Below are positions 37,701 through 50,877 of a DNA stretch of 64,000 nucleotides, in pieces. How positions within the stretch are numbered: the first letter of the stretch is position 1; every line of letters begins with the position of its first letter. This stretch comes from Felis catus. Taxonomy: Eukaryota. The position numbers and the translations under genes were made by a program. Where the stretch lies: contig NC_058368.1 in NCBI RefSeq assembly GCF_018350175.1, forward strand, positions 113,152,001 to 113,216,000, in the 5' to 3' direction. Under the pieces are notes generated by a model. That model saw only the letters and a list, made by a program, of their open reading frames with translations, was not told the DNA's origin and ran no database searches.

Positions 37701-39004
37701 TGGATACAAAAAGCATATATGAACACCTTCCCCTTATAAAAAAACCCAAATAATTTAAATATTTCTGAAGTCAAATTGGATCTCCATCCTTGTCCTCCCC
37801 CAAGATTCTGCTCTCCTACCAGAGCGGAGCAGCTCTTTCAGCTTTTTGTGTCCTTCCGGAATTTTCTACCTATTTGCATATACATGTTCCTGTAGAAGTG
37901 ATATAGGACCGAGTTTGTTTTATAAATAGAATCATTGCTATTTTTCATGCTGCGATTTGCTTTTTGCATTCAACGCTGCATCCTGGATATTGCCCCATGT
38001 TGATAAGAGTTCTGGCTCCTTTCTTTTTAAGCTCCTGTTTCATTGCGCAAACATGATAGCACCGAACTTGATTTGGCTCTTCCCTAGTAAAGCAGAATTA
38101 GGTTGTTTGATTCCCCCTTTTTCTTCTTGCTATCACACAGAAGGGGGAATTTCTATATTCTTCAGGTATTTAGCATTTTTTAGCTTCTTTGTTACGAACA
38201 AGAGGAAGCCAGTAGTCAGCCAAGCCTAGTACATAGGGTACACAGACACATTTCAAAAGCTCAGTTCTAGTACTAACTTACAGACAGAATGATCTGCGTT
38301 GTATGCCAAGCCGGGTAGGGAGAGGGAGGAAGGGAGGGAAGGAAGCTGAAAACACAGAGGAGAGCTATTGGGGTATCACCTCTGGGATCAATTACAAATT
38401 TGTCAGACAAATGAGAAGGACAGCCAGACCATAGGAAACACATAATTGTTGTCTTCATTTTGGTTTTTGCGTGTTTTTAATGAGAAAACAGTGGAAATCT
38501 CCCGTGGAGATGAGAACAAAGCCTTACTTAAGATGAGTGTGCTAAGTTTGCCGAGACCCCTTTCTCTGCAGACGTCCAGGTCAAGGCTGTCTCCTGCACA
38601 CCACAGGCACGCGGGCCACAAGTAGCGACACTTCTATGCTGCTGAAGAACAAAAACGTCCGCGTTTGTTTGGCTTGTCACATTCGTGCTCTTGTTTAGCA
38701 GGTTTTATTGTAGATCTGACTCCTATTCAAGCGCGATGGAAGATGTTTAATGGAAGTGAAGAACAAAATCTCCCCCGGTTTCTCTACCCCCAAATTAGCA
38801 TTTTGGTAAAGATCTTCTGGACAGTGCCCCTTCTCTCTCTGTCCCTGAGAAAAAGAATATTCTGCCAATGGGATTCTGGCAGTCACGCATTTTTACAGCT
38901 GACTATTTTTTTCGCTTGACCACACGTGTTATGCCTTTCTTTCACAATGCTAATAGGTGTGACCTTTCCCTAATAGTGAGTAAATTGTGATCAGTCACTT
39001 TGAT

Positions 39005-39400
39005 CATTCATTCATTCATTCATTCCCTCATCTCCAGAATCTTCATTTGCAACCTGTCCATGCCAGGTATCATGCTAAGCCCTGGGCGCACAATGGGAAG
39101 CAAGAAAGGCACAGTATGAGGCCCTTAGGAATTTAGGACTACTAGGGAAAACAAGTAAGTGGTGACAACCTGTGATACATCATAGGGGACCTGGTTTAGG
39201 AGGTGTGGGTGGCAGGGTGGGAGTTGGCAGTGAGGGGTTGAACAGGACGGGGAGGGGACAGCGTTTGCAAAGATGTGGAAATGAGACAGATCCTGGCCAT
39301 TCCGTGGACCGAATATATTCCATCTAGCTGGAACACGTATTTGGGGGATAAGGAAATAGATGATGCAGCAACATTTGGGCAGTCACATTAGCCATGCTCA
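39005..39400 (-). mobile_element. L2 3' fragment
   Basis: CATTCATTCATTCATTCATT tail, then TGCCAGGTATCATGCTAAGCCCTGGG. Confidence 0.7.
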
Positions 39401-40764
39401 GTGGTCCTCTAAACTGAATCAGCACTTATTTTTCCCCGCATGAACGTATTACATCTGTAAATCACCTGGTTAAGCTCAGACCTGGGCATGACTCAAATAA
39501 GTTGGAGCAGCAAGTTAGTTCCACCTTTTTCGATACACTTGTGCCTAGTTGTACATACGACGAGTGATATCCAAAATAGCTCTCAGAAGGAGTGAGAGGA
39601 CACGGATTTGGTTCTCTTTCTGATGCAGGGGACTGTTGAGTGGGACCATAGAAAAAACTGAGTGCGTATGGGAATAATTGCCTGAATGCCTAGGGGTCTA
39701 TTGTCCAGATGCCCTTGAGTTGGGTTGGGTTGGAAGTAAAATAAACCCTGTGAAGAACATTCAGGTATTCGTATTGCATATTACAGAAACACTTGCCAGA
39801 TTGTCAGCATGCAGGGGTGCAATGAGGCAAATAAGGAGAGCAGCCAGGCCATGCTGGCGAGAGCAGGGCCAGACCAGCAGGTCAGTTGTAACGCCGATGC
39901 AGATCCCTTTTACATCAGGATGGTGTGCAGGTCTGGAATGGAGTGAGTCAGGTGAGCGGTCAACGTGGAAGACCTGGGGCATACGAGCCAGCATGAAGAA
40001 GAGAAGAGCCTCCCTTGAGAATAGAGAAGGCAAAAGCACAGCAACGAGCTGTGGAGCCCGTCACCCCAGGAAGCCCCCAGAAAGAAGGCCAAGCGCGGGA
40101 AGCGGGCTGAGGAGATGGGTGCATCCTCAGGAGGCGCAGAAAGGGCCTGGAAATGGGCCTTGGGTTCGAGCCTGTCTGCATAGGTTTAACCATAGGGCTA
40201 TTAGAGGTCTGCTGGTTAAGTGCATACCTGTGAGTCCTCGAGCTGCAGTTGAGAGTCTAAAAGCATTGGTTCTACAGGAGACACGCCAGGGTTCTAACCT
40301 TGGCCGGGTCCCTTGCCTATGGTATGTCCTTGGGCAAATACCCTTGGGATGTTTCTTCCTCTTTAAAATGGGCTGTTGATACTGCCTGCCTCAGTTCAAT
40401 GATCTGTAGGGCTGGCTGGCAGTGGTGGTGGCATCCACCCTGGCGTTTCTTTGTGGCTCTGGTATTTGGCTAGAAAGAGAAGGTGTAAGTAGGGATCAAG
40501 GGTATTTTCTCTTCCAGAGCACAAGGCTCCTTGCCTCCCAACTCACCTTCAGCAGGGAAAGGATCCTAGGTCCCAATGGGGTGAGAATGAACCCACGGGG
40601 GAGCTAAGAGCCTAATGAACGTGCATCAGTGTCAGAATTGCCAGCTTTGAAAGACCAAGGGACAATTTACAAGACTCTGACCTCAAAGATGGGGATAAAG
40701 GGACTAACATGGGGAGTCTGGAACTAACAAGTAATTTATAATTTGGGCATCTAAAAGTAGCATA

Positions 40765-40887
40765 GGGGCGCCTAGATGGTTCAGTCGGAAGAACATGTGA
40801 GTCTTGATCTCAGGGTTGTGAGTTTGAGCCCCACCCTGGGTGCACAGATTACTTAAATGAATAAAACTTTTTAAGCAATAAATAAAA
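40765..40887 (+). mobile_element. Short tRNA-derived carnivore SINE (SINEC_old-like)
   Basis: GGGGCGCCTAGATGGTTCAGTCGG...GAGTTTGAGCCCCACCCTGGGTGCACAGATTACTTAAA plus A-rich tail; no CT region. Confidence 0.85.
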
Positions 40888-42340
40888 GCCTAATTCCTCA
40901 AGCGTGGCTTTAAATGGGCGTTTTTATACCCCCACCAAGGGAAGCAGAGCCATGGTCCTCCTTGCTTTCTAAATTCTGTGATTCCCTGAGCTTTCTGGTT
41001 AAAATACCTAATTTTTCTCTACGTTGAAAAAAAGTTGAGTGCCTAGCAGGACAGTGAGGTAAGTCAGACACTGTCCAAATATCACAGGAAAAGATACCTT
41101 TGATCACATTTGGACCCCAGTGGTCAGGTTGGAAGCGCATCATTCCAAGGCAGTGGGAAAGGATTTGCAAATGAGTTAAGTCCCAGTGACTGATTCTACA
41201 GGTAGCTTGCATATCATAGGGAAATGTTTATTGACTGTATATTACACTGAGAAATAGATAAATATTTACGCTTCCATTGAGACACATTTGAAATTCCCAA
41301 ACACCCATTGTGTAATCTGCTAAGCAATTTGCCTAACTGCTTTGCATTCTTTCCTGAACAGGTGATTATAATATTTACCCTAGTCTGTGTAGATTTGTTA
41401 TTGGTGGTTATTTTTAGTTCTTATTTATCTGGTGGTGGTGGTGTTTTTTTTTTTCCTTTTTGAGGGGGTGGTAATGACTTAATAGAAATTATATATAAGG
41501 TATTATAATAAGACTCTTCCGATTTTTTAAATCAGAATCAATTTGGCTTTTCCATTAACAAAATACACAAATCCACAATTTGGAAAATTGTTAGTGGGAC
41601 AAAAATATTGGGTAGTTAGTGTAAACCCTGCTTGCAAAGTCAAGGAACTAGGTTTCCTGGTTCATTAAATACACTCATTAGTAAAGAATCATCACACATA
41701 GACCCAGAATACAATAACGTGTATATTACCAGCTTAAGATCACATAGATATTTTTCTTTGATGTTAAGGAGGCACCTCAGAATCTTCAAATGCCTTGAGG
41801 GGTCACCATTCATCATTTCTTATTCTATAGAAGACCTGTGGAAATAAAACCCATTGGACAGCTCCGATTCCACATGCTGAATGGCATAGCTTACCATGCA
41901 TTTTGCTCATTTCCTATTTTCATATTCAGAGATTGTTCATAAGTCTAAATGGAATGAAATGCAGGAATATTTGCCTAGCAAGTATACATCTTATAGACAG
42001 GATTAAGAAGAAATCTGAGTAGCAGTGAGGTTCCAGGGTGAATGCAGGCGAGAAGTGAAGAGGGTCTTGATGAGGATGAGGACAGTAGAGCTGAAAAGAA
42101 AAGCAAAACAATTGGCCAAGAAAGGAGCCAGGGAGTAGAGGAAGGGAGTCATTATCCCCTATTAGGGGATAATAGGCATTGCTTTATTACTTACAGAGAC
42201 TGTAGTCATCTAGCGGACTCCGTGGTCCTCAAGGTCATACTGTTATTCTACATCTCTGAGAGCTTTGCTGGTAGGATTTAGTTGATCATGGAACTTTTCC
42301 CTTATATTATAACTGCTTTCTGCTTTTGCCTTTCCCCAAC

Positions 42341-42520
42341 AATTTTTTTTGAGACAGAGGATGTGCCTGAGTGGGGGAGGAGCAGAGGCAGAGAGATAGT
42401 CTCAAGCAAACCTCATGCTCAGTGTGGAGCCCGGTGTGGGGCTAGATCCCTGGGATCATGACCTGAGCCGAAATCAGGGGTCGGATGCTTAGCTGACTAA
42501 CTGAGCCACCCAGGTGCCCT
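42341..42520 (-). mobile_element. Older CanSINE
   Basis: GATCATGACCTGAGCCGAAATCAGGGGTCGGATGCTT...GAGCCACCCAGGTGCCC. Confidence 0.9.
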
Positions 42521-43099
42521 GTAACCCATGAGCTTTTTGATGGCAGGCTTTTAGTCCTTCATCTTTATATTCCCAAAGCCCCTAGAACTGTATGAGGCAC
42601 ATAACTGGCAAGACTTATTAAATGTTTGAAAAAGGAAGGATGTGGCGAGGAAATAGAAGGAAGTGAGAGATTAAGTGGAAAACGGCATTTGTCATTTGAT
42701 ACGAGTCTTAAAATTTCAAAAACAAAAGGAGCAAGTCCTAGAGCAACATCCTTAGATTGCAGAATGGTGAACTGAGGCCCAAGCAAAGGCAGTGACTTGT
42801 CCACCCAAGGTCAAGCACCTCTGGAGGCAGAGGTGGAGTCAGAAACTAGGTTTGTGATGTATGCCCAGCTGGTGAATTCCCCTGCCTCCTCCAGACAACA
42901 CAGTGCCTGTTTAAGTTCTCTCAGTGGACAAGGTTTGAGACCCAAAGAAGCAACTACATGAAATATGTCTTTTAATAAACAGAGATTGGGCCATGATGAT
43001 TCTAACAGGGCTAGGTTCAAGCCGGTAAGACTGATCACAGAACACCCGGCTAGGTGATGGAAAATTGGATTTCAAAAATTATTACCTGACTACTTTTTT

Positions 43100-43760
43100 G
43101 ATTTGAAACCTTAAAAGAATAAAGAGATGTAAATAAGTAGGTAGTGAGAAGTGTCTGTCCTGCCCCATGCCCCTACAGACAAGTCCCTACCCACCGTATA
43201 GGTACATACATTTTAGTTTCTTCTGCATCTTCTGGAGTTTGTGGTTATACAAGCCAAATGTGAATAAACATTCTTGTTTGCCTCCTTTTTACTACACAAA
43301 ATGGAGCATATTACAGATGCTGATCTATGTCTTTTTTTTTTTCCACATAAAATGTATCTTGGACACCTCTCATATCAGTACAAAAAGAACTACTTTTACT
43401 TAGCTATTCTATCAGATGGATGCAACACAATGTAATTAAATGGTCCCTTATTGATGGACATTTGGGCTGCTTCAATCTTTTCATGTTAGGGAAAAAAACC
43501 CTTTAATGGCTCACATTTTACATACACACAAAGGGTTTGTGTATTTGTAATTTTGACATATCGCCAATTACATTCCTAGTGGTTGTGCCAATTTACATTC
43601 GAGTCAGCAGCCTGAGAGTACATGGCTCTTCACAGCTTATACATCAGCGTGTGTTATCAAACTTCCGGATGTTAGCCAATCTATGGGTGAAACATGCTAT
43701 TTCAGGGTAGTTTGATTTGCATTTTTCTGAGGAGTGAGGCTGAGCATATTTAAAACGTAA
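43100..43760 (-). mobile_element. Old L1 (L1ME-like) 3' fragment
   Basis: CCTTATTGATGGACATTTGGGCTGCTTC, GTGGTTGTGCCAATTTACATTC, GTTTGATTTGCATTTTTCTGA. Confidence 0.75.
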
Positions 43761-45060
43761 GAAAATGGAAGTATAGAGAAAAAGGACAACAGGATTTCCT
43801 CCTCTTACCAAGATCAGTAACCAGCCCACAGCGGGACCCAGAGAAGAATTCGGAGCAGAACATCCCTCAGTGCCAGCACTGTGTATGGAGGACCTCGTTC
43901 AAATTCACAAGCCCTCGAACGGCAGGCACTAGGATCTCCATTGTACAGACGAGGAAACAGGTTCAGAGGAGGTAACCTCCCCAAGAGGTGGTAAGTGGCA
44001 GTGGTAACCTCGGACGCAGGTTTGGAGGACCCCAGCACCCTGATCCAACCACCACCACGCCCGGTTGAGGATGCTGCCTTTATGCAGAATTTGTATTAGG
44101 TCATTTGTACGCTTTTCTTCCCCCATTGGATTCTTGCCCTTCTCCCTTGGCCTCGCCATCCCCCAACTGCCTGGTTTGGAAAGACACGTTTTCTCTTGAA
44201 TGTAGCTGTGGTTCATCACTTTTCCCTGTAGGATTCTGAGATGCAAGTTTACTCTCAGGCAGTCTCTTTCTCTGCACTGTTCCCTTTTCTGTTCGTGTCT
44301 TGAAAAAAGCCACTGTGTTGGTAGCAAATTATAAATATTGATCCGTTTTCTCTCTCACTTTTATGTGAATATGGGAGTTGGGGCACTGGGCTGTGTAACG
44401 ATAATAAATGGAGCAAATGGGGAAAATTTATTACTAATTCTGTATGAGGGGCTAGCGCAACATAATCATGGGAGAACAAAATAATGTAAGACTAGTTGAC
44501 TTCTAAACTTACCACAACTGGACTTCTCCCAAATCACCTGGGAAGGGCTAGTTCTCCCCAAGTAGAACTATTTCTTTGAATGGGATGGACAATTTAAAGT
44601 CAGAGTGAATTACTAGCCTTCTACTAATGTGGTACTCACCCCTTAGACCTGGACTGGAGCCCTAGCGGCTGCCGCTATCTAGCAAAGCTTCCCCGTGCCA
44701 GCAAGTAACTAAGGTGTGCTTGCCTTTCTCCTCGCCAGGTCTGTTTACAAACCCTTCCTGGTCCTTTGATTCCATTCTTGCATCTGGGCATCTGTCGCCT
44801 GGCCTGGTAGCCACACTCAGAACCCTCTGGGGGTAACCCAGGACAGCGCTTCTAGAAACTGCTTCTGCCTTCCCAGTCTGGCCATCTCAGTTCTTCTTCC
44901 AATCCTGAAGCCTCGGCATGCCCACTGAAGGAAGGCAAGCTTGTGAAAGCCAGGCGCCATCCCCATGAAACCCACCTTACTACCACCAAGTGTCAATCTT
45001 GGGGTCTATATATCTTAGAAACCAAAGACCAGGTTAAGGCTGTTTCTTTCTTTCTTTTTT

Positions 45061-45280
45061 TTTTTTAAATTTTTTTTCAACGTTTATTTATTTTTGGGAC
45101 AGAGAGAGACAGAGCATGAACGGGGGAGGGGCAGAGAGAGAGGGAGACACAGAATCGGAAACAGGCTCCAGGCTCTGAGCCATCAGCCCAGAGCCTGACG
45201 CGGGGCTCGAACTCACGGACCGCGAGATCGTGACCTGGCTGAAGTCGGACGCTTAACCGACTGCGCCACCCAGGCGCCCC
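45061..45280 (-). mobile_element. Young feline CanSINE in the tail of an L1
   Basis: Near-consensus CpG-rich body; flanked by CTTTCTTTCTTTTTT at 45046-45060 and 45284-45298. Confidence 0.97.
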
Positions 45281-45299
45281 TTCCTTTCTTTCTTTTTTT

Positions 45300-45689
45300 T
45301 TTAATGTTTATTCATTTTTGTTTTTGTTTGTTTTTAATATAATTTATCGTCAGATTGGTTTCCATACAACACCCAGTGCTCATCCCAACAGGTGCCCCCC
45401 TCCATGCCCATCACCCACTTTCCCCTCTCCCCCACCCCCCATCAACCTCAGTTTGTTCTCAGTATCCAAGAATCTCTTATGGTTTGCCTCCCTCCCTCTC
45501 TGTAATTTTCTTTTCCCTTTCCCCTCCCCTGTGGTCTTCTGTTAAGTTTCTCAAGATCCACATAGGAGTGAAAACATATGGTATCTGTCTTTCTCTGCCT
45601 GACTTATTTCACTTAGCATAATACCCTCCAATTCCATCCATGTTGCTGCAAATGGCCAGATTTCATTCTTTCTCATTGCCGAGTAGTAG
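45300..45689 (-). mobile_element. 5'-truncated feline L1 3' end
   Basis: ATTGGTTTCCATACAACACCCAGTGCTCATCCC...CTTATTTCACTTAGCATAATACCCTCC; outer TSD AGGTTAAGGCTGTTTC at 45031-45046 and 45690-45705. Confidence 0.95.
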
Positions 45690-45997
45690 AGGTTAAGGCT
45701 GTTTCGAATCCAAGTCACCCAGGCAAATCAAATCATTTATAAATTGCCACAAACTTACACTTTTCTGATGGCTGACATGTAGTTCAGTCGAGGGTCGAAG
45801 GAACTCAAAGAACTGCCATCCCATGTATGGGATGTAAGTATTTACCTCATCCTAGGGCTTGCCTTAAGGCTATTGTTTTCTGTCCCCAGTTGTCAGGAAG
45901 AAGGGCTTGGCAGGAAGCCAGCGAAGGGGAACCAAAATGCACATGTTTCTATATTTCTTCCCTCTGCTTCCACTGCGAACAACCACTTTTACTTGAA

Positions 45998-46138
45998 GTG
46001 GTGTTTCTGTCCCTGGCTGCACATAGGAATTACCTGGAGGGTTTTTAAAAATACTAATAGCTGGGTTCCATTCCCAGAGATTTGGATTTGGATAGTCTGG
46101 GTATGACCTGGGCACTGAGTTGTTTTAAAACTCCGCGA
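45998..46138. mobile_element. MER5A/B-like hAT MITE fragment
   Basis: CCCTGGCTGCACATAGGAATTACCTGGAGGGTTTTTAAAAATACTAAT...CCCAGAGATT...GTCTGGG...CCTGGGCA. Confidence 0.75.
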
Positions 46139-46139
46139 A

Positions 46140-46340
46140 GGGGCACCTGGGTGGCTCAGTTGGTTGGTTGAGCATCCAACTTCCACACAGGTCATGATCT
46201 TAGGGTTTGTGCTCTGTGCTGACAGCTCAAAGGCTGGAGTCTGCTTCAAATTCTGTATCTCCCTCTCTGCCCTCCCCTGACTCATGCTTATCTCTCTCTC
46301 TCTCAAAAATTAAAAAAAATTTTTTTTTTACAGTCTTAAA
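46140..46340 (+). mobile_element. CanSINE with an internal deletion
   Basis: GGGGCACCTGGGTGGCTCAGTTGG head, CT tract, A-tail. Confidence 0.9.
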
Positions 46341-46569
46341 AAAATTGGAGTGACTTTTACCTCTTCCACAGATCTTTCATGGATTCCTTTCTTATCCTCA
46401 TTCCTTTTCTCCCCTGTCTCTGATCACAGGATACAATCAGTTTCATGGTTTAGGGCCCTTTCCATTGTGAGCATGTATCTCTCCCTGTTGGCATTTTCAG
46501 AATATGGTCTCATGTTCAAGACTGATTCTCCCTGGAATACAAGGTTCTAGCTTAATGCTTGGCTCAAAA

Positions 46570-47512
46570 TGTCTTCAGTATTTATGATATTCAATTGAAT
46601 TTAACTTTCTAGCCCCAAACCTACTTCTAAGCTCCAGATAAATACATTCAGCATCTTCAGACACATGATGTGTCAAAACAAGGTCTTGGTTTAATCCTGC
46701 AGATTTCCCCTTCTCCTTCTTTCTCAGCAGTGGCGTCTCTGTCCGCTCACTTGATTGCTCAGTTCAGAACGCTGAACATCCACTTGTATGCCTCCACATT
46801 CCTCAGTTCCTATATCCCGTCAGACATGAGGACCTGACAATTCCATTTGTAGGATGCATCTCAGATCTTCCCTTTTATCTTCATGTCTACTGTCACCACG
46901 AGGCAGGCACCACCAGCTCTCTCTCAACAGCGAAGTGCCAACTGGTCTCAGGCACCCCCCCTTGCCCCTTCCACTGGGGTTTTGTCCCTGCAATCACACT
47001 GAAGGGTATAGTGTGTCTGGATATGTCACTCCACTGCTCAAACCTTCTCACTGGCTATTCATTGCTCCTGATGGTCACAGTTTTTAACAGGATCTAGAAG
47101 GTTCTGCCTGTGCCTTCTGCCAGTCGCCATGTTTTTAATCCACGTTGTGGCAACACCAGCCCCATGTCTGCTTTCTGTACTTTGACCAATGGTTTTCCTT
47201 CCTCAGAAAATTGGCTTGCAATACTCTTTCTGCCCAGAATGCTATTTCTGTAATTGATAGTAATATTGACCACCTGCTACTCTTCTTTTCCACTTTACAT
47301 ATCATTGCCTCAGGGAGACCTATCATCAGCTCAAGTACAGTAGGTCCCTAGCTTTCCTTCCCAGATCTCCCTTGATTTTTCCATCATAGAATATAAGCAC
47401 AAGTGTGCTTATAAAAAATTATTGTATATTCCCACTCCATTAGGTTTCTGCTCTGATTGTATCCCTGGATTCAAGTATCTATAATTGCTCAGTAAATATT
47501 TATTGCATGAAT
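46570..47512 (+). mobile_element. L2 3' region
   Basis: ATATGTCACTCCACTGCTCAAACCTTCTCACTGGCT and terminal GCTCAGTAAATATTTATTGCATGAAT. Confidence 0.75.
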
Positions 47513-48169
47513 CATCTCCATACAACCCAGCTGCCTGTACCAACCATCCTCATTCTCTGGGCCCTACTCCTTTCCAGCCCCAAAGTAGAAAAAAATCATC
47601 ATTATATTAGCCACAGAATTTCTCCTCTGTTGATCTGGCCCAAGCTAATCATTGATACACAAAGTGAAGAGGGCTGGCTGAGGAGGGGGGGAAATGTAGG
47701 ATTGCCCCTCACCACCATCATGCTGAAGTTTCAAGTCCTCCGTCCCATCTCCTGTGTTTCCCTCCTGTCTGGGAACACAGTTTTGCAGCCTCTGTTCCCC
47801 TACCTGCCAGACTCCCCTCCTAGGGTTTGAGGATGGAAGGGAGGAAGACTCAACCCCTTCCTCTTTCCCTCTCTGTGCACATTGTAAACAAAGGAGGGAG
47901 AAGAAGGAATATTTTCTCCTGATGGATGCTGCACTTTAAACAAAGCTCCTTAGGCATTTAAACAATCATTTTATTCTACACGCAACAATAGTTTCATTAT
48001 ATGTAGTGAGAATTCTTCTAAATGTTAATGTAACATTGGTCCAAGAACCTTACATTTGGAATAAACAAACCAAGATATAGCCTCACAATAGTGAAAACTT
48101 ACCGAGCTCAGTTCTCTCTTTGCTTTAGGGTGTTTTAGAGAGAAAGCAATTTCTTATAGTTGTAAAGAA

Positions 48170-48740
48170 GATAGCCTTTGAAGTCTGAAAAACCTGGGTT
48201 CAAATCCTAGCTTTACTAACTGGGTGACTTTAAGAAAATTATTTACTGTTACGGAGTCTACTTTATAGGGTTTTTGAAAAGATCACATGAGAGAACATGT
48301 ATCAACTGTTGAGCACATTGTGCTTTTAGTTTATGGTATATTGCATATAGAGTATATAGCCAATACTCAACGAATGGTAATTATTAATAATTACTAGTAT
48401 ATAAATTCCTTATCTTCTAGCTCAGCAATAAAGCTTAATTGGGGTTAAATTGAAACCTGCCTAACGTCTTTCATTCATTCAATAAATATTCCTAGAGCCC
48501 CTACCCTACTATTGCTTCAGGCAGTGTGCTAGGTACCAGATAACCTTTTGGTGAGTAAAACAGGTATGGTTTTGTCCACACAGAGCTTAAAGTTCAGTGG
48601 AATGCAGAAAAACGAGTAAGAAAACCATTTAATATATAGCTATAAAGTGGAATAAGCATCAAAGGGATATGAGCAGTACGTTCTGGGAGGAAATGATGGA
48701 GAGGGTCTCCGTAGATGGAGTAGTCAGAGAAATGGCAAAT
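48170..48740. mobile_element. MIR (48170-48390, plus) followed by an L2 3' end (48470-48740, minus)
   Basis: ACCTGGGTTCAAATCCTAGCTTTAC...GGGTGACTTT; TTCATTCATTCAATAAATATT...CAGGCAGTGTGCTAGGTACC. Confidence 0.7.
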
Positions 48741-48889
48741 GAAAAACCCCAGCTGATTCACTAAATCCATTGTTTATCCATTCGGTACTTATCAAATTTC
48801 CTGGTACATTTTACAAAACTAGCTGAACTCTGATGCTCTAATCTGATCAAAAGTGGTGAATGTGAAATGTGCCTGTAACCTACAGGTCG

Positions 48890-49257
48890 GTAGATTTTTT
48901 AAAAATCTTAGATAAAATGTTAGCAAATTAAATCCAGCAGCATTTGAATAAGACAATCTACGACAGCCAAATGGGTTTATTCCCAGACGCCAAAGGTGGA
49001 TTGGCATAAATTAATCTACTAAAATAATTTATTCGATCAGCTGGTCAAAGGAGAAAGACTATATCTGCATCATCTATAAGTAGAAAAATCCTTCCTTTGT
49101 ATTCAACATTCACAATAAGGCTTTTCTTTATTATTCACTGCTGTGGTTAGTTTGCCTGAAGTTATAAAGCTTCTGGCAACCAAGTATGAAGATTAAAATA
49201 AGTAAAGTTTCAAATTTAGCCAAAAAAAAAAAAAAGTAAAGAAGAGAAGAAGAAAAT

Positions 49258-49293
<36 letters not shown>

Positions 49294-49700
49294 GGAGGTG
49301 TAAATTGGCCATCTCTACAGATTAGTTTTAGCTTACAGTGTCCATGAGACTTGAAACCAATAGAAGCACAATTTCTGCCCAATCCCTACAGTCTGTTTAG
49401 CCCAGTAGCTTTCACAGAAATAACAGAAATAAACCCCCAAAGGCTGTGACTGCTCACTGGTGACATGGTTTATGCCAGCATATAACTGACAACCTCCATT
49501 TCTGAAATTAATTACTTTTCTTCTGGAGTTACAGTTGCTGATGATGCTTCTCACAAAAATATGAGGTCTTTACATAGCAAATACTCTAATTAAATAAGAA
49601 TAAAGGCAGAAAACTTCCAGACCTAAATGAGATACATTTATTCCATGCATGTGGTTGAATCTTTAATAATTTGAAATGTAACAGTCTCTTCCCTCCTGGG
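48890..49700 (+). mobile_element. Old L1 ORF2 (RT) fragment with a (TG)n at 49260-49290
   Basis: Translates KMLAN*IQQHLNKTIYDSQMGFIP, matching L1 RT KILANRIQQHIKKxIHHDQVGFIP. Confidence 0.75.
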
Positions 49701-49835
49701 ATAGTGATAATATCTTGCTCTTTCCTGTATTTGAATGTATCTCCTTTCTAATGTTTATTTATGATGGGCGTAGAGGAGAGATGCATTCACTTTCTTCTTT
49801 CCCTACCACCTCCTGGGCAGTCTCCCAACCCCCAG

Positions 49836-50230
49836 GGCTATGGTTTGAATTGTCTCCTCAAAATTCATGTGTTCAAGCCCTAACCCCCAGTGTCACTGTA
49901 TTTGGAGATGAGGCATTTAGGAGGTCATTAAGATTCACTGAGATGATAGGCATGGGGTTCTAATCCAATAGCATTGGTGAACTTATAAGAAAAGGAAGAG
50001 ATCCCTATCTCTCTCTTGATCTCTCCTTGCACACACACCAGGGGAAGGTCCTGTGAGGTCATAGCAAGAAGATGGTCAACTATAAGCCAGGAAGAGAGCT
50101 GTCACTAGCCCCTGACCATGCTAGAACCCTGACTTATGAATTCCAGCCTCCAGAATTGTGAGAAAATACATTTCTGTTGTTTAAGCCACCGAGGCTCTGG
50201 TATTTTGATATGGCAGCCCAAATAGAGACA
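49836..50230 (+). mobile_element. MLT1A-like MaLR solo LTR
   Basis: GCTATGGTTTGAAT...CAAAATTCATGTGTT...CCAGCCTCCAGAATTGTGAGAAAATACATTTCTGTTGTTTAAGCCACC...GGTATTTTGATATGGCAGCCC...GACA. Confidence 0.9.
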
Positions 50231-50877
50231 CTTAGTGAGGAGAGAAAGGGGTAGCTGGGGGTATGAGAAAGAAATCCAGCTTTGTTTCCCTTCTGTCTAA
50301 ACTTTGCTGTTTTCAGTGCATTCTGTACTCAGGGATGAGTGTATCCTTGCATAGGGACATCAGTGTTGTCGGAGAATCAACGTCTCTTTTCTGCATTCCC
50401 TCCTCCTCTCCTTCACTCTCATCATGTGAAGATGCACAGAAGGAGAAGTGAGTACTTCTCTGTGCTAGGTACTGGGCCAGACATCACAACCTGCCATCTG
50501 TCCCTTCAAGCATTAGGAGAAGCACAACAAAGGAGCCTCATGCCATACCTCCCTTAAGTAATAGAATTTAGGTGTATCTGGCTTTGAAGCTAGTGCTCTT
50601 GACACAGTTCTATGTCCACATCATGATGCTCTCAAGAGCCGATTATCACAGGAGATGCTGCTAGCCAAGAACAGGTAAAATGCAGACACCAAGTTGATTT
50701 TCCAGTAGCCAGGCTACTATCAGATATTATTTTCCCACACCTCCCACTCTCCCTTGACCCAGACCTGGATCCATAAGACAAAGGAGATAGAGAAATCCCA
50801 GGTGCTCCGAGCCCTCAGAGCTCCCAAAGGTTGTACTTTGAGGTACTGGGGTTGGGGGGTGGGGAGCAAAAGAAAGA

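Noticed and set aside
39678..40379. Longest ORF in the track (233 aa)
   Set aside because: Non-ATG start, no recognisable domain, Arg/Trp/Cys-rich composition typical of chance ORFs, and the 3' end runs into MIR-like sequence.
40765..40850. tRNA-like sequence, also present at all SINE heads
   Set aside because: tRNA-derived SINE head with an A-rich tail; no convincing intact cloverleaf.
50310..50680. Donor-like GAA|GTGAGT and CAG|GTAAAA sites
   Set aside because: No linked open frame with recognisable protein similarity.
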